Positions 1-12,467 of a DNA stretch of 64,000 nucleotides are shown here, piece by piece. This DNA comes from Octopus vulgaris (lineage: Eukaryota). The notes under the pieces are model-generated. The model saw only the letters and a program-made list of their open reading frames with translations. It was not told the origin of the DNA and ran no database searches. The stretch is from the NCBI GenBank assembly GCA_951406725.2, contig OX597827.1:52824001-52888000 (forward strand), written 5' to 3'. A program made the position numbers and the translations under genes. Positions within the stretch are counted from its first letter, which is position 1. Each line of letters begins with the position of its first letter.

Positions 1-1034
1 GGGTAGCAATAATTATGGCTGGTGAAATCAAAGTGGCTGATGGAGTTAACGGGGATGGTGGTGTTGATGGTTTGAAACTTCAATGAAAAAGGGATGGTAT
101 AGGGCTCAGCGATGCAGGAGACTAATGGAGAATAAATAGATGGTGAGGTGATGAGTGGGACGAGGGAGGTTAAGATGGTGGAGAGAGATGGAATAGATGG
201 TAGCAGATGATATTTCAGTGAAGTAATTATATGATGGCAAGTGTGTACACATCACTTAAGTAGTTGAATGTATTGAAATGTGTGTGCTTGTAGTTGTGTA
301 CACACACACACAAAAAAAATATATATAGTTATCCATTTCAAATCTTGTTTATATAACTTCTACATAAGTTTTAATAGATGTTATAGTTTGTTATTTATAA
401 TTTATATTTTCTTTCCTTCACTTCACATAAAATAAAAATGTACAGGTTTTCTGGTTTAGAAATGCTTCAATGTTCACAGATTAGAATTACAGTATATGAA
501 ATAGTATATGTAATAACAATGTATACTAAGGAGAGGAGGAAGGGGTTAGATATATGTGTGCATGTGCACACGCATGTGTGTGTGTGTGTGTGGTTAGGAA
601 ATTCAGTTCACAGTTACATAGTTTTAGGTTCAGTCCCACAGCACAGCACCCCGAGAACGTGTCTTCTACAATAGTCCCAAGCTGCCAAAGCCTTGTGAAT
701 GGATTTGATGGATGGTAACTAAGAGCCCATAATGTGTGTGTGTGTGTGTGTTATCTTGACATCATACACTAATTGTAAACAAATGTCACCATAATACAAG
801 TGGTATCATTCATTCGCAATCTTCTATGAAAACATGCCTGGCCTTCTGCCGGTCATGTTCAAAGGACTAGGGGAAATATTAGTGTATTTAGAAATGGTGA
901 GGATTGATAACAGGAAGTGCATCTGGCCATAGGAAATCTGCCTCAATAAATTTCGTATGACCCATATAAGTATGAAAAGTGGACATTAAAATGATGATGA
1001 TGACACACAAACATATATATATATATATATATAT

Positions 1035-1210
1035 ATTTGTGTATTAAGGCTACCGTTGGTTTCATGTTAAGGAATAGATACCTCATTTCCATTTCGTAGT
1101 AAAATTTTAAAATCCAAACTGGAGACAAAGATTAATGTTCCATGTGATAGACTTGATAATTGTCAAGGTATCCCTTAACATGAAACCAATGGTAGTCTTA
1201 ATACATAAAT
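1035..1210. mobile_element. Short inverted-repeat element with hammerhead-like arm (Penelope-derived?)
   Basis: About 38-bp arms atttgtgtattaaggctaccgttggtttcatgttaagg / ccttaacatgaaaccaatggtagtcttaatacataaat, next to a (TA)n tract. Confidence 0.7.
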
Positions 1211-2049
1211 ACAGAATCTTTATCCACTAATGCAGTATTGAGCACTCATTCCCATTGTGCGATATTTACACACACATACACACATATTAGTATTGTGAGT
1301 TATGCAATTTCAGATGCAATCATTCTCAAGTTTATGCAATTGTTATTTTGTCATCAAAATTTGAATACTATGTATAAGAATTTGATTTATAGTACATATA
1401 TTAAAAAAAATGAAAAAATGCTGTATAGTGTCTCCTTTTGATAAGTTTTCTCTTAGCAACTACTGAATATATTGTTCTGATTATTGTCTTAGATATGTGA
1501 ACTGTGTTGTTCTGGTACATCTCTCTACTCTGTACATACGCTGTGTGTGTGTGTGTGTGTGTGTGTGTTGTTTTGTTTTGTTATTGTTGATTTATTGTTA
1601 TAAGTTGTTAATTCGAGAAGCATGCTATTTGAAACCATGTTATTTGAAGGTTTACTATATTTACAATGCTCAATTACCATACAATTCTAAATGAATACAT
1701 ACTACTCATTAAAGCAGTAAAAGAGCTAAGAAGAGGAAAGTTATAGGACTGGAAGAAAAATCAACAATATTTAGCAACCATGAAAGTGATGCTGTCAAAG
1801 CTAAACTAAGCTGAGATCACACTATCTATGAATCAGCAGTTCATAATATTACTCAGAAAATAGTTTGGAAACCATGGTGGAAGGGTTGTATGGGAAAATT
1901 CAAGATTAGACTGAGCAGGCATTAGTGTTGATAAAAATTTTTCTCAAAAAGTGACAGAATTCTGAAATTCATTGGACTAAAAAGTAAATGGAAATATGCA
2001 AGGGAGTGGAAGTCTCATTTTTGATAGCTATGATTATAGCTTCAGGTAT

Positions 2050-2557
2050 GTTTTGGTCAAATTAGAACTCCTCAGCAAACCAAACAATAACAAAGGAGAT
2101 CTAATGTGAGCAGCTTGAGTGGCTGAAGTCTGTGCTAGAAGGAAAACATCCATCTATGGTTTCAAGATGAGAGGTGTTCTTCCATCAGGATAATGCTCTG
2201 CCACATTCAACAAGGATGACATTCCAAAGACTGGAGCAGTTTGAATGGGAAACAATACCCTACCCACCATATTCGCCAGACATTGCCCCATCTGATTATC
2301 ATTTATTCCACAGCCTTCAAAATCATTTGGATGGAAAAAATATGAATTTTGTAGATGAGGCCTGAACAGCACTGGAGGAGTATTTTTCTCATGGACAAGT
2401 GAATTTTGGAAGAGGGGCCTTGCAAGTCTACTAGATAGATGAAAGAACATTGTAGAAAATGAAGGAGAGTATATTTTAGATTAATAAAAAATTTTATCTT
2501 AATTTTGAAAAATAAAAGAAGTATAAAAAAGCTGCATCATTTATGGGATGATCCAAT
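2050..2557 (+). mobile_element. Mariner (DD34D) transposase 3' fragment with right TIR, defective
   Basis: FFHQDNALPH...WETIPYPPYSPDIAPSDYHLFHSLQNHLDGK (HDNA and YSPDLAPxD motifs); internal stops; ends in TIR-like catcatttatgggatgatccaat. Confidence 0.9.
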
Positions 2558-2999
2558 GCATATGTATGTACATATGTACATATATACACATGTATGTATC
2601 TTATAAACTCAAGTTTACAGTGTCTTGTGCCAAAATTTTAATCTAAGTCAGAAACAAGTTGTTATTCATATAGAGATTTTAGCCAAATCTCTTAATATTT
2701 TGATTAGTTTGGAAATAGACTGGGTATACATTACCATGTATATATCTTTAAAATATCAAGGTAGCTTAGACAAAATATTTTTTAATCTCACAAAATAATG
2801 GTTTTCTTGCAATATTCATGATACATTTAGTACTTGTTACTACTTGGGTGGAATTCATACTTTGTGGTTTAAGTACTAAATATGTTCAGTATAGAAATGC
2901 CATTACATTACTTATCGTGGGAAAATTTCATCATTAATTAAGAGGTGAGTGATGTATTTGGAATGTATTAAGAATGTCATATATATATAAAATAAAAAT

Positions 3000-3242
3000 A
3001 AATGCGCCCTTTTAAAGCCTAGCCAGGTTCATGGGCCCGGTTTCCTGGTTTCTATGGTGTATGTGTACCCTAGCTGGACGGGACACCAGTCCATCGCTGC
3101 GTTACTCATTTTTGCCAGCTGAGTGGACTAGAGCAACGTGAAATGAAGTGTTTTGCTCAAGAACACAACATGTCGCCTGGTCAAGGAATCGAAAAAACAA
3201 TCTTACGATCATGATGCTGACACCCTAACCTCTAAGCCACTG
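3000..3242 (-). mobile_element. tRNA-derived SINE (family B)
   Basis: Shares aagcctagccagg.tcatggg.cc..gtttcc..gtttct..gg and the tRNA-like head with the copy at 5494-5802. Confidence 0.75.
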
Positions 3243-3354
3243 GCATGGTCCTCTGGCTTACCAGCTGCTGTCAAACTGCTCAGCTCATGCCAGCATGGAA
3301 GACAGAAATTAAATGAAGATGGTGATGATGTAGACAGAGAGGGAGGGCGGGAGG

Positions 3355-3356
<2 letters not shown>

Positions 3357-3418
<62 letters not shown>
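3357..3418. repeat. (GA)n microsatellite
   Basis: Seen directly. Confidence 0.95.
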
Positions 3419-3421
<3 letters not shown>

Positions 3422-3449
3422 ATGCAGGTAGAACAACTCACTGTGGAAT

Positions 3450-3930
3450 TAACACAAAAACTTTGACCTACAGCATAAGCAGCTGTCTGAAAAGTGATTG
3501 AAACACTACATGGTGCAAGATGTAGAAAATATAATCTTGAAATTCAAAATATAAAAGGTCACAGTCATATGGATGGTATATTCTGATAATACAAAACAAT
3601 TTGGTGGAATGATCCTTTGTAAAAGGTAGGAACAACAAACTAGATATAATGATGTCGAATAGAGAAAAGAAAGAGCGCTTTAAATAATGTTTAAAGATAA
3701 AAGAAAATATCTATGCTGAACTAATGAATAGCCTACAGATACTACAACCAAACTAAAACTTTAGATTTAGACCTGTGATTATTGGAGCACCTGGTCATGT
3801 AATTAACTGCCTCAATACCTATGCTGAGATGCTGGGCTTCACAAAGCCAGAAAAAACATAGCTAATTAGGAAATTACAGTTACAAACCATCAGCAGACCT
3901 GTGAAAGATATAAAAACATATTCTACCTTA
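3450..3930 (+). mobile_element. Decayed R4/Dong-like non-LTR retrotransposon, C-terminal restriction-like endonuclease region
   Basis: Frameshifted translation YAELMNSLQIL..FRFRPVIIGAPG..LGFTKPEK..LIRKLQLQTI, matching the REL-domain tail. Confidence 0.6.
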
Positions 3931-5493
3931 GCATATAGGAGGTACAAAAAAAAAAAAAAATCGAGGACTTACATAAGTGTATCTACACATGCATAGATCA
4001 AAACACACAGATCCATACATGCAATGACATGCATGCTTATATACATACATATATGTGGAGACACATTTACACATATATATGTGGAATTATCTGTATTTCA
4101 ATGGCAGAATCTTGTTTTTGAGTTAGAAACCAGATCTTTCTTGATTGATGATGAACTTTAAGACTAAAATCAGAAGAACATACATGTATGTGTGTGTGTG
4201 TGTTTTGGTGCATATGTTAACACAGCGGAAAAATGTAAATACTTATAACACAAAACAGAATTTGTTCATGCATTTGAAACAGTGATTTCCCTCTGGCATT
4301 TCTGAATTTCTCATTTCCATAGTGATAAGGAACTTAGAGAAATAACAGAGAGTACTCAGCTTTCAAAATACGCACACACACATGTGTGTGTGCATGTGTG
4401 TGTGACATCATCATCATCTTAATGCTCACTTTTCCATGCTTGCATGGGTTGGATAGCATTTGTCGAGGCAGAATTTCTGCAGCTGGATGCTCTTCCTGTT
4501 ACCAACTTTCAACTATTTTCAAGCAAGTTTAGACATGTTCTTGCAGAATATTGAATATGAATGACGCTGTTTATATGACAGCGACACTCATTTACATATT
4601 ACACAATGTCAAGACAAGGTGACACAAACATATGTGCACGGACGCACACACACATGTATACAATATTATAGATCCATTATAGCAATCTTGGGGGGACTTT
4701 GAGAAGCTTGAGCTCAAGATATTCCCCACTCCTCAAGGCATGCAAATGTACTTTATATGGTTCTTGAAAAACTAACATTCATATATTCATTTAAGTGAGT
4801 TTGTTATTTTTTGGCTTACCCCACCACACTTAGTTTCATGCTGGACATTGGGTAAATAGATGCTTACCTAATGGAAAAATGACAACCTGCCATCTCTGAC
4901 AAGTGTTATAAGATGATCTTCCATTTAACTAATATCCAATGCAAAACTGACTGGTAAGATCAGTTGTAACTGAGCTACAAGACTGTATACTTTGATTTAT
5001 ATACCCACTCTACAGACCAATATATGTATGCCTATTTTTTCTGATTTATGGATTCTTTGCAGCCTAGTGGTGAACAAGAAAAGCACATACATTAAGGATG
5101 TGTGTTCGATAATGCTTACGACACTAGCACTGTTTCTAATGCATATTTGAATTTATTCTTACATATACATCATTGGGGTATACCTGCAAATGGTTTTTTA
5201 ATGCTATTTGCATATAATCATGGACTGGCAATTAACTTCAGCTTGGTTCAGGTATGTGATGTTAATAAGTTACAAAAATAGCGAAACATTGATGTCGGTC
5301 ACTACTGAATGGAACTTGGGGTGAACTGTCTCACTTGTCTATGACTTTCAGATACTTTAACACTCAACGCTCTGATGGAGTCATCTCCACGGCACAATTT
5401 GCAGCCTACTGGCAAACAAGCAGAGCACATATACTGTGTATGTGTGTTTGATACAAATCTACTCACAAGGTTTTGATTGATACAGGGCCACAG

Positions 5494-5802
5494 TCTTTCG
5501 TCACCCTTTTTAAGCCTAGCCAGGCTCATGGGCCTGGTTTCCCGGTTTCTGTGGCATATGTGTTTCCCCCAGCTGGACAGGATGCCTGTCCATCGCAGCA
5601 TTACTTAAGAAACAGGAAGAGAGAGTGAGAGAAAGTTGTGGCGAAAGAGTACAACAGGGGTTGCCACCACCCTCTGCCAGAGATTTTTGGAGCTTTCAGG
5701 TGTTTTCACTCAATATACACACAACGTCCGGTCTGGGAATCAAAACTGCGATCCTCTGACTGCGAGTCTGCTGCCCTAACCACTGGGCCATTGCGCCTCC
5801 AC
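5494..5802 (-). mobile_element. tRNA-derived SINE (family B) with 12-bp TSD, nested in an older SINE
   Basis: TSD acagggccacag at 5482-5493 and 5803-5814; head GTGGAGGCGCAATGGCCCAGTGGTTAGGGCAGCAGACTCGC with A-box-like and B-box-like motifs. Confidence 0.85.
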
Positions 5803-6334
5803 ACAGGGCCACAGCAGCAGATACTTTTCCAAGGTGTCCCAATATGGTTGGTAAGCAGACTCCTTAACCACAAAACCATGCCCATGCATGCATACATTCA
5901 TACATGTATGTATATCATTCACTATCCAGAGGTTCCAGTTCATCTTGAGCAACATTTTTGTCTATCTCACTCTGTAATCAAGAAAAATACTTGCTCAGGT
6001 TGAGGAAGTCTTGTAACATAGCCTAACTAGTTGAGACATGACTTGCATGTTATTGTGGTCACTTGTTAGTTGGACCAATAGCTCACTTCGCCATAATAGA
6101 CTTTGTCTCCTTTTGTGAATGTAGCTCAATTGAATGTGCCAAGCTCATTTTCAGAACAAGGTTTATTCTTAAAAGAATGGATAGAACAATAGAATTTCGT
6201 GTCTCCAGTCACTGTATTCTTGTGGGAGTGAGGTGATGTCATTGACAATATTTGTTGTTGATATCATTAACAAGACTGATGATATTTTATAATTCCTCCT
6301 AGTAAAGCAATATCAGTGAAGTCATAGTCAGAGA

Positions 6335-6470
6335 AATTTTGCCCATTTAACCATTTGTATGTCCTTTTTTTACCACCTAATTTTGCCCATTTAACTGTTT
6401 GTATGTCCTTTTTTTACCACCTAATTTTGCCCATTTAACCATTTGTATGTCCTTTTTTTACCACCTAATT
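6335..6470. repeat. 44-bp tandem repeat x3
   Basis: aattttgcccatttaaccatttgtatgtccttttttt.accacct; gcccat at 6341, 6385 and 6429. Confidence 0.95.
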
Positions 6471-6749
6471 CATAAGGGTGGCAGTGGGGAACTTCCTTAG
6501 CAAAGTACAAACAGGAACAAGAATCAACTGCTATACTCATTTTCCATCCTGATGCAGCAATTTAAAATGGTGTAAATCTTTATTAATGATTTGAAATTTT
6601 GAGAGGTTTGTTGTACAATCACATTATGTTCCACAATAATGATATGTTTGTTGTCAAATATGTTAATGAAGTCAATAAAGCTGATAGCAATGAAAGTAGG
6701 TTTGCACACAAATAAATGAAGCATCAATAAAAAAAATCTCGCATGAGAG

Positions 6750-6920
6750 AAAGTTCTAGTGAAAGAGTACAGCAGGATTTGCCACAACTTCCTGCTGGAG
6801 CCTTGTGGAGCTTTAGGTGTTTTTGCTCAATAAACACTCACAATGCCTGGTCTGGGAATCGAAACAGCTATCGCATGACTGCGAGTCCACTGCCCTAACC
6901 ACTGGGCCATTGCGCCTCCA
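6750..6920 (-). mobile_element. tRNA-derived SINE head (family B), partial
   Basis: gccctaaccactgggccattgcgcctccac identical to the 5773-5802 copy. Confidence 0.75.
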
Positions 6921-7348
6921 CACACACACACACTAATGAGTTTGTATATTGATGAGTGAGCTTAATGAGCTAGACTACACACCTTGATGACGATGTTTCC
7001 AAATGTAAATGACCAGTGAATCACAGAGAAGATAACCGTAATGTTGGACTTAGGTAATATACATTTCAAATTTTGGCAAAAGGTCAGCAGTTTTGGGGAA
7101 GGGACGAGTTGATTACATCAACCCCAAAAGGAGGAATGGTAAGGTTAACCTTGGTGGAATTTGACCTCAAAATGTAAAGACAAACGAAATGCCACTAAGC
7201 ATTCTGCCCACCGAACTAGTGATTTTTTCAAGTTCACTACCTTTAACAAGAGTAATATATTGTTTTATACACATGCACATGCTTCCCTTTAAAAACAATT
7301 TCTGGTAAGTATATTCCATACATTCATGATGAGGTCTATGTGTCTGAC

Positions 7349-7381
<33 letters not shown>

Positions 7382-8189
7382 GAGTGAGAAAGAGATTATT
7401 AAAAATGTATATACACAGATAAGGGAATGAAAAGGAGTTTCTTGGAAGAAGAAAGGCAGAAATGAAAAGGGAGGTGAGAGACAAAAGGAAATATGCACGA
7501 GAGAGATGGGAGAAGAGAATGAAGGAAACATGACATTCTTAACATTAAATCTCTCAGGGTGTGGTAGGGTAAGCCAAAAAATAACAAACTCACTTAAATG
7601 AATAGATGAATGTTAGTCTTTCAAGAATCATATAAAGTACATTTGTGTACCATGAGGAGTGGGAATATCTTGGGCTCAAGCTTCTCGAAGTCCCCCCCAA
7701 GATTTAATAAATATCATAAATACAAAATTAGATTTTCATCCATTCCTACTTTTCTTGATGAAAGAAATCTGAAGAACTTTACAGCTAGAGACAACAATCA
7801 ACAGACATTGGTTTGCAGTTTGTTAGTTTCTTAAATCTTCTCTCTATATCTCAATATAATGTAATGATATACCGAGGTTATCATACTTCACATTATCAAG
7901 GTTATCTTGTATAAGATTTTGATGACAGCCAGCATCATGATTAGTAAAAGCTGGTCATATCTTAACCTCTCATTATTTTTCAATATCCTCTATCTTGGTC
8001 TGCAAATAGCTTGATGAATTCTCAGCAGAAATTGAATGGTTCCCCACCTCTACTCTACTTGGTTTTGCTTTAGGCTACCAACAACTCTTTCTGTATTTTT
8101 TTATGCAGTCTTCATTGTTTATGCTTATATGATAACCTTCAAATTGTGAAACACCATGATAGCTGTACACATCTCATTCACTGTTCATT

Positions 8190-8442
8190 ATTCGACTTTG
8201 CCTTTCATCCTTTCAGGGTTGATAAATTAAGTACTAGTTGCATACTGAGGTCGATCTAATCGACTGCCCCCACTCCCCCAAAATTTCGTGCCTTGTGCAT
8301 AGAATAGAAAAAAAAATCGTTATTATGTTCTAGGTTCAACTACCACAGAGGTCAGTTTTGCTTTACATCCTTTTAGGTCAAATACTGGAGTCGATATAAT
8401 CAATTGTAGGCCTTGTGCCGAAAATTGAAGCTGCTGCTGCTG

Positions 8443-8481
<39 letters not shown>

Positions 8482-8600
8482 TTATTATTATTACCTTTCA
8501 TCCTTTCAGAGTTGATAAAATAAGTACCAGTTAAGCATGGGGATCAATGTAATTGACTTCACCCTCTTTCAAACTTGCTGGCCTTGTGCCAAATTTTAAA
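8190..8600 (+). mobile_element. Cluster of three partial family-C SINEs around a (CTA)n/(TTA)n tract
   Basis: Three copies of cctttcatcctttc.g.gttgataaa.taagtac...g.tcgat.taatc...ccttgtgc. Confidence 0.7.
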
Positions 8601-8619
8601 TCATTATTATTATAACTAT

Positions 8620-10170
8620 TACTAACAGGAAGACTGCCCTCCGAGCGGTTTTCTGCTAGCCACTTCATAATATTTTCACAGTTGATTCCCAATTCTAATA
8701 ATTTTTATGATATTTTACATCTAATTATCTCTTTGTATAGTAGTGCTCACTTGTTTAGTAAATATTGCATTCATTATTTTATCACAGTCATAATCTCTCT
8801 TTTTTAAACAAACATCGAAGTAGTCTAACTACAGAGGGGAAAGCAGTTTGTCAAGTTTTACCTTCCCCTCAAAGCAACATAGAGATTTCATTTCAGCAGC
8901 CCATCTTTAAGCTTTGCATTATGTGTGTAAGAGAGCGCAGGGGAGAGAGAACATTGCAAACAATGAATGAAATAAACATGAAATGAAAAAAATTGTATAA
9001 ATAAAAGGGCATAACTACAGATGTATACGCCCCAGGCTTTGTTGCCTTATAACATCCGAAAAAATGGATACTTGTTAACGAAATTTTATACAAATATTGT
9101 TTAGATGTTGCAGCTTCAGAGTATATAAGGATTTAAGGGAAATAACTTTTCCAAGGGGGTGGAGAGAGGAGTTTTGGAAAATTCACATGATCTGAATTTT
9201 TTCTCTCATAACTTTCAGGAAAATTGGTATCTTTTAATGAAAGTTTATACAAATGTCTTTCAAATGGCATAGATTATGATTATAAAGAAATTTATGGGGA
9301 AAATTATTTCTGGGGGGTGAGGAGAGGAGTTTTGTATCAGGAAGACAAAACCCCTGGGTTTTGACAGGGATTTTCCCCAGTTTTTTTTTTAAACCACAGC
9401 CTTTGAAATTATGGAGGAGAGGGGCATCTTTGTATGAAAACGTTTTGAAAATCTCTTTACAACAACCCCTCACTCCCTCATCATCCCTCTTCAGACCTAT
9501 TTTGGCCAATTTTTTTGCACTTCAAAACCCTGGGAGGAGCATTTTAGGTAAAAATAAAAATCCTAATATTTTCAGAGGGAAAAGTGAGTGATTTAAGGGA
9601 GATTCAGCTTTTGTTTTTGTAGCACATCCCAAGACAACCTTCCTCATTTCTTTATCACTCATGTATGTATTGATGTTTTTCAATATTTTTCTCCCCTTAA
9701 ATGCATTTATATGCTATGAAAAATTAAAATTTGAAAAATTATGATTTGTTTTTGCAGCCCTACTCTCTTCCCCCAATTGTTTTTGTTTATAATTTAAAAT
9801 ATTGGAGAGCCTGTGAAAGTCATTACTGGCATTTATCTACAGTGATTTAAAAAAAGAGTTATGTAAATGATAATTCATTTTAATAGCATACTTTTCTGTT
9901 AGAAAATGTTTTTTTTTACACACACACATATAGCTTCACTTGATTGAGGGTGATTTGGGTTGTGCTAGAAACAATAGCCAAACCTTCTTCAAATTTTTTA
10001 CCTTTTCCTCTGAAAATATTGACAATTTTTTTTTTTTACTTTTTTACTGAAAGGACTCCTCCCATGGTTTTTAAGCTAAAACAAACAAGAAGAAAAAGTT
10101 TAAATCGGTTCAGACAGTTATTATTGTAAGGTGTTCCACACAGCCATAACAACAAAATCACTTCTTAATT
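8620..10170. mobile_element. Non-autonomous interspersed repeat, possibly Helitron/Helentron-like
   Basis: Starts actaacag...ccgagcg...gctagc; has recurring aaggg(a/c)ataact and aaaatt...tt motifs; ends aaatcggttcagacag...acacagcc, resembling non-autonomous Helitron layouts. No coding capacity. Confidence 0.3.
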
Positions 10171-10460
10171 TTGGTTCACAAACAATTTTTTACAAAAATT
10201 ATACCAGCATGTAAAATAATTTTCATTCAATAAATAATGTTTTTACATTACTTATGGATGAAGACAGCTGTGTAAAGAAGTGCTGATCTCTAACTGTAGA
10301 GAGAACCTGTGGTAGAGGTAGACCCAGGAAGACATCGCATGAAGTGGTGAAGCATGATCTTCGAATTTGAGCCTCACAGAGGCAATGACTGAGACGTTTG
10401 GCAATATGCTGTACTTGAGTTCAAATTCCACCAAGGTCAACTTTGCCTGGGATTGATATA

Positions 10461-10697
10461 TATTTCTTTATTGCCCACAAGGGGCTAAACATAGAGGGGA
10501 CAAACAAGGGCAGACAAAGGAATTAAGTCAATTATATCGACCCCAGTGCAAAACTGGTACTTTATTTATCGACCCCTAAAGGATGAAAGGCAAAGTCGAC
10601 CTCGGCAGAATTTGAACTCAGAACGTAATGGCAGACGAAATACGGCTATGCATTTCGCCCATTGTGCTAACGTTTCTACCAGCTCGCCGCCTTCAAA
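10461..10697 (-). mobile_element. Young full-length tRNA-derived SINE (family C, Meta/MESC-like core) with 18-bp TSD
   Basis: TSD ttgcctgggatt(g/a)atata at 10443-10460 and 10698-10715; head GAAGGCGGCGAGCTGGTAGAAACGTTAGC...GAGTTCAAATTC; CpGs retained. Confidence 0.85.
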
Positions 10698-10829
10698 TTG
10701 CCTGGGATTAATATAATTGACTAATCCCCTTAGTCCCACTCAAATTTCAGGCCTTGAGTCTTTAGTAGAAAGGATTATTATTATTGTTAGTTATTGGGTG
10801 TTGGGCCACACAGAGGCAAAGTGGCTGAG

Positions 10830-11075
10830 TTCCTTTCGAGTGTTGGGCCTCACAGAGGCAATGACCGAGAAGTGTGACATTATGTCGTGCTTGAGAAGAA
10901 GACCAATCAAACCGAGCAACATTGCAGCCATGGCAGATAGCAGTGTCACGCAGATGGCACCTGTGCCAGTGGCACGTAAAAACACCCATAACACTCTTGG
11001 AGTGGTTGGCATTAGGAAGAGCATCAAGCCGAGGAAAACCATGCCAAATCAGACTGTTGTCTGGTGCAGCCACCC
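10830..11075 (+). mobile_element. RTE-like LINE 3' end and 3'UTR fragment
   Basis: gggcctcacagaggcaatgac...gagaagaagac followed by ggcacgtaaaaacaccc...ggcattaggaagagcatc; the same tail recurs throughout the window. Confidence 0.6.
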
Positions 11076-11366
11076 AGCTTCAAGAGGATTTATGTGCTAC
11101 ACAAGGAAGACAAGTACTATGAAAAGCATTCAGGTTACTTAATTTGTCTATAGATAATTTACATTTTAATTTTTTCTTTCATATATTTGCATTTCTTAAA
11201 AATAAATTTTCAAAATCAACATTTCAAACAAGAGTAACGTTTCAAGGGAAATAACTTTGATTTTTTTTAAAGCTTGTTATTTCCCTTGCCTGAAAATGCC
11301 GTTTTCTTTTACAAAATCTGTATTTAAGTGTCATTCAAAAAGTGTTAAAAATTCAATTAAAAATAC

Positions 11367-11435
11367 CTTATACAGTGAGGAAAATACATTAGTTCAATGA
11401 CTAACATTATGTAATCAGATGCGGGAGACAACTCT
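11367..11435 (-). CDS. Candidate 69-nt phase 2-2 cassette exon, or alternative first exon from ATG 11407
   Basis: ttttcag|A GAG TTG TCT CCC GCA TCT GAT TAC ATA ATG TTA GTC ATT GAA CTA ATG TAT TTT CCT CAC TGT ATA AG|gtattt. Phase matches the donor at 24008. Lies next to a CpG-retaining patch. Confidence 0.3.
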
Positions 11436-11810
11436 CTGAAAATATTTTTGTTTTATTAACATCTCGGTGAACCAGAGAAGTACTTGGCGAAGTACTGATA
11501 AAAATATCGAGTTGTTACACAATAATATACACAAGCATATTTTTAAAAAATGCATAACTATCTGCATAGTGTAGTTAAGCTTGTATTAATATATTAAATC
11601 GCATACACATTCAGCCAAAGTTACGACGTCTACATATCTGTGTTCGTGTGTATGGGTAACGTCTTACATAGATGCAATTTCGTATGCGGGCGCGTTAGTT
11701 AACTATTGTTTTGTGAGATTCTTAATGTGAATATGTGTGCTGAAACATATGCTGGATTTTACTAAAAGGAGGGCCATTGTTGCGAATAAGAGATAAACGC
11801 ACCGGTTCTA
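11420..11810. promoter_or_regulatory. CpG-retaining patch, possible internal promoter or enhancer
   Basis: About 16 CpGs in about 390 bp (e.g. ttacgacgtc, cgtatgcgggcgcgtt) in sequence not recognised as a repeat, within a CpG-poor window. Confidence 0.4.
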
Positions 11811-11824
11811 TAATTGAAGAAGAT

Positions 11825-12230
11825 GAGGAGAGAGAGAGAGGTGGGGGGAGATACTGCCTTCTAGTGTGTTTTATCAAAAGGTGACGAGAGTGGTAACACT
11901 GGTGAGACTGAATAGATCTACTCTGAGTATGCTTTCCTAAGTAGAAGGAATAAAACTGGAAGAGGGGGATTCTCCATGCCTTGGGGATGACAGAGTAATC
12001 TGGGTCTTTTGCGTGAAGCTTACTCTGAAGTACCCTAAATACTGAGGTTCCTAGTTTTTTATTAATCATTTATTTCTCAAACTTCTATTTATATATCCTT
12101 TGTTATATCCTTTCATATTGTAGTGTCTCCCTTGGTCAATGTAAACCTTAACTGTTTTGAGTGTTATACCTTGTCCTTTGATATTGTATTCCTTATGTTG
12201 GGCCCTTGTAGCCAATAAAAGAAATCGTTA
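11825..12230 (+). mobile_element. L1/Tx1-like LINE 3' end
   Basis: Decayed ORF2 tail, then pyrimidine-rich UTR ending ttgtagccaataaaagaaat. Confidence 0.4.
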
Positions 12231-12467
12231 TTATTATCATTGAGAGAGCAGCATATGCCATCAAAGTGACACTGGGGTAGAAATATACAAAGCCCAATAT
12301 ACTCATCATGACTACTGATCTGATAAGGGTACACCAGGCATGTGCATCACAACAATATGTTTACGATATGGTGATCTCATATCAAGATAAACAGTACATA
12401 ACCTTGCAGGTGGGACCCAGTTAGCGTTTTCTTCAAGTTGAGTAGCCAATTCTGCTCAAAAGGTCCC

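Noticed and set aside
1700-2030. Possible Tc1-like transposase N-terminal remnant
   Set aside because: Only vague similarity with many stops; cannot be tied to the mariner fragment.
3153-3436. ORFs over microsatellites (also 7167-7593, 14687-15166, 19946-20398, 20554-20803)
   Set aside because: Low-complexity translations of (GA)n, (GT)n, (TA)n or C/A-rich repeats.
5330-5410. Possible minus-strand exon with donor CAA|GTGAGA
   Set aside because: Its open frame is phase 1-0, not matching the upstream phase-2 donors; no protein similarity recognised.
6335-6470. CRISPR-like regular repeats (also the 108-bp array)
   Set aside because: No unique spacers, eukaryotic context and no cas genes.
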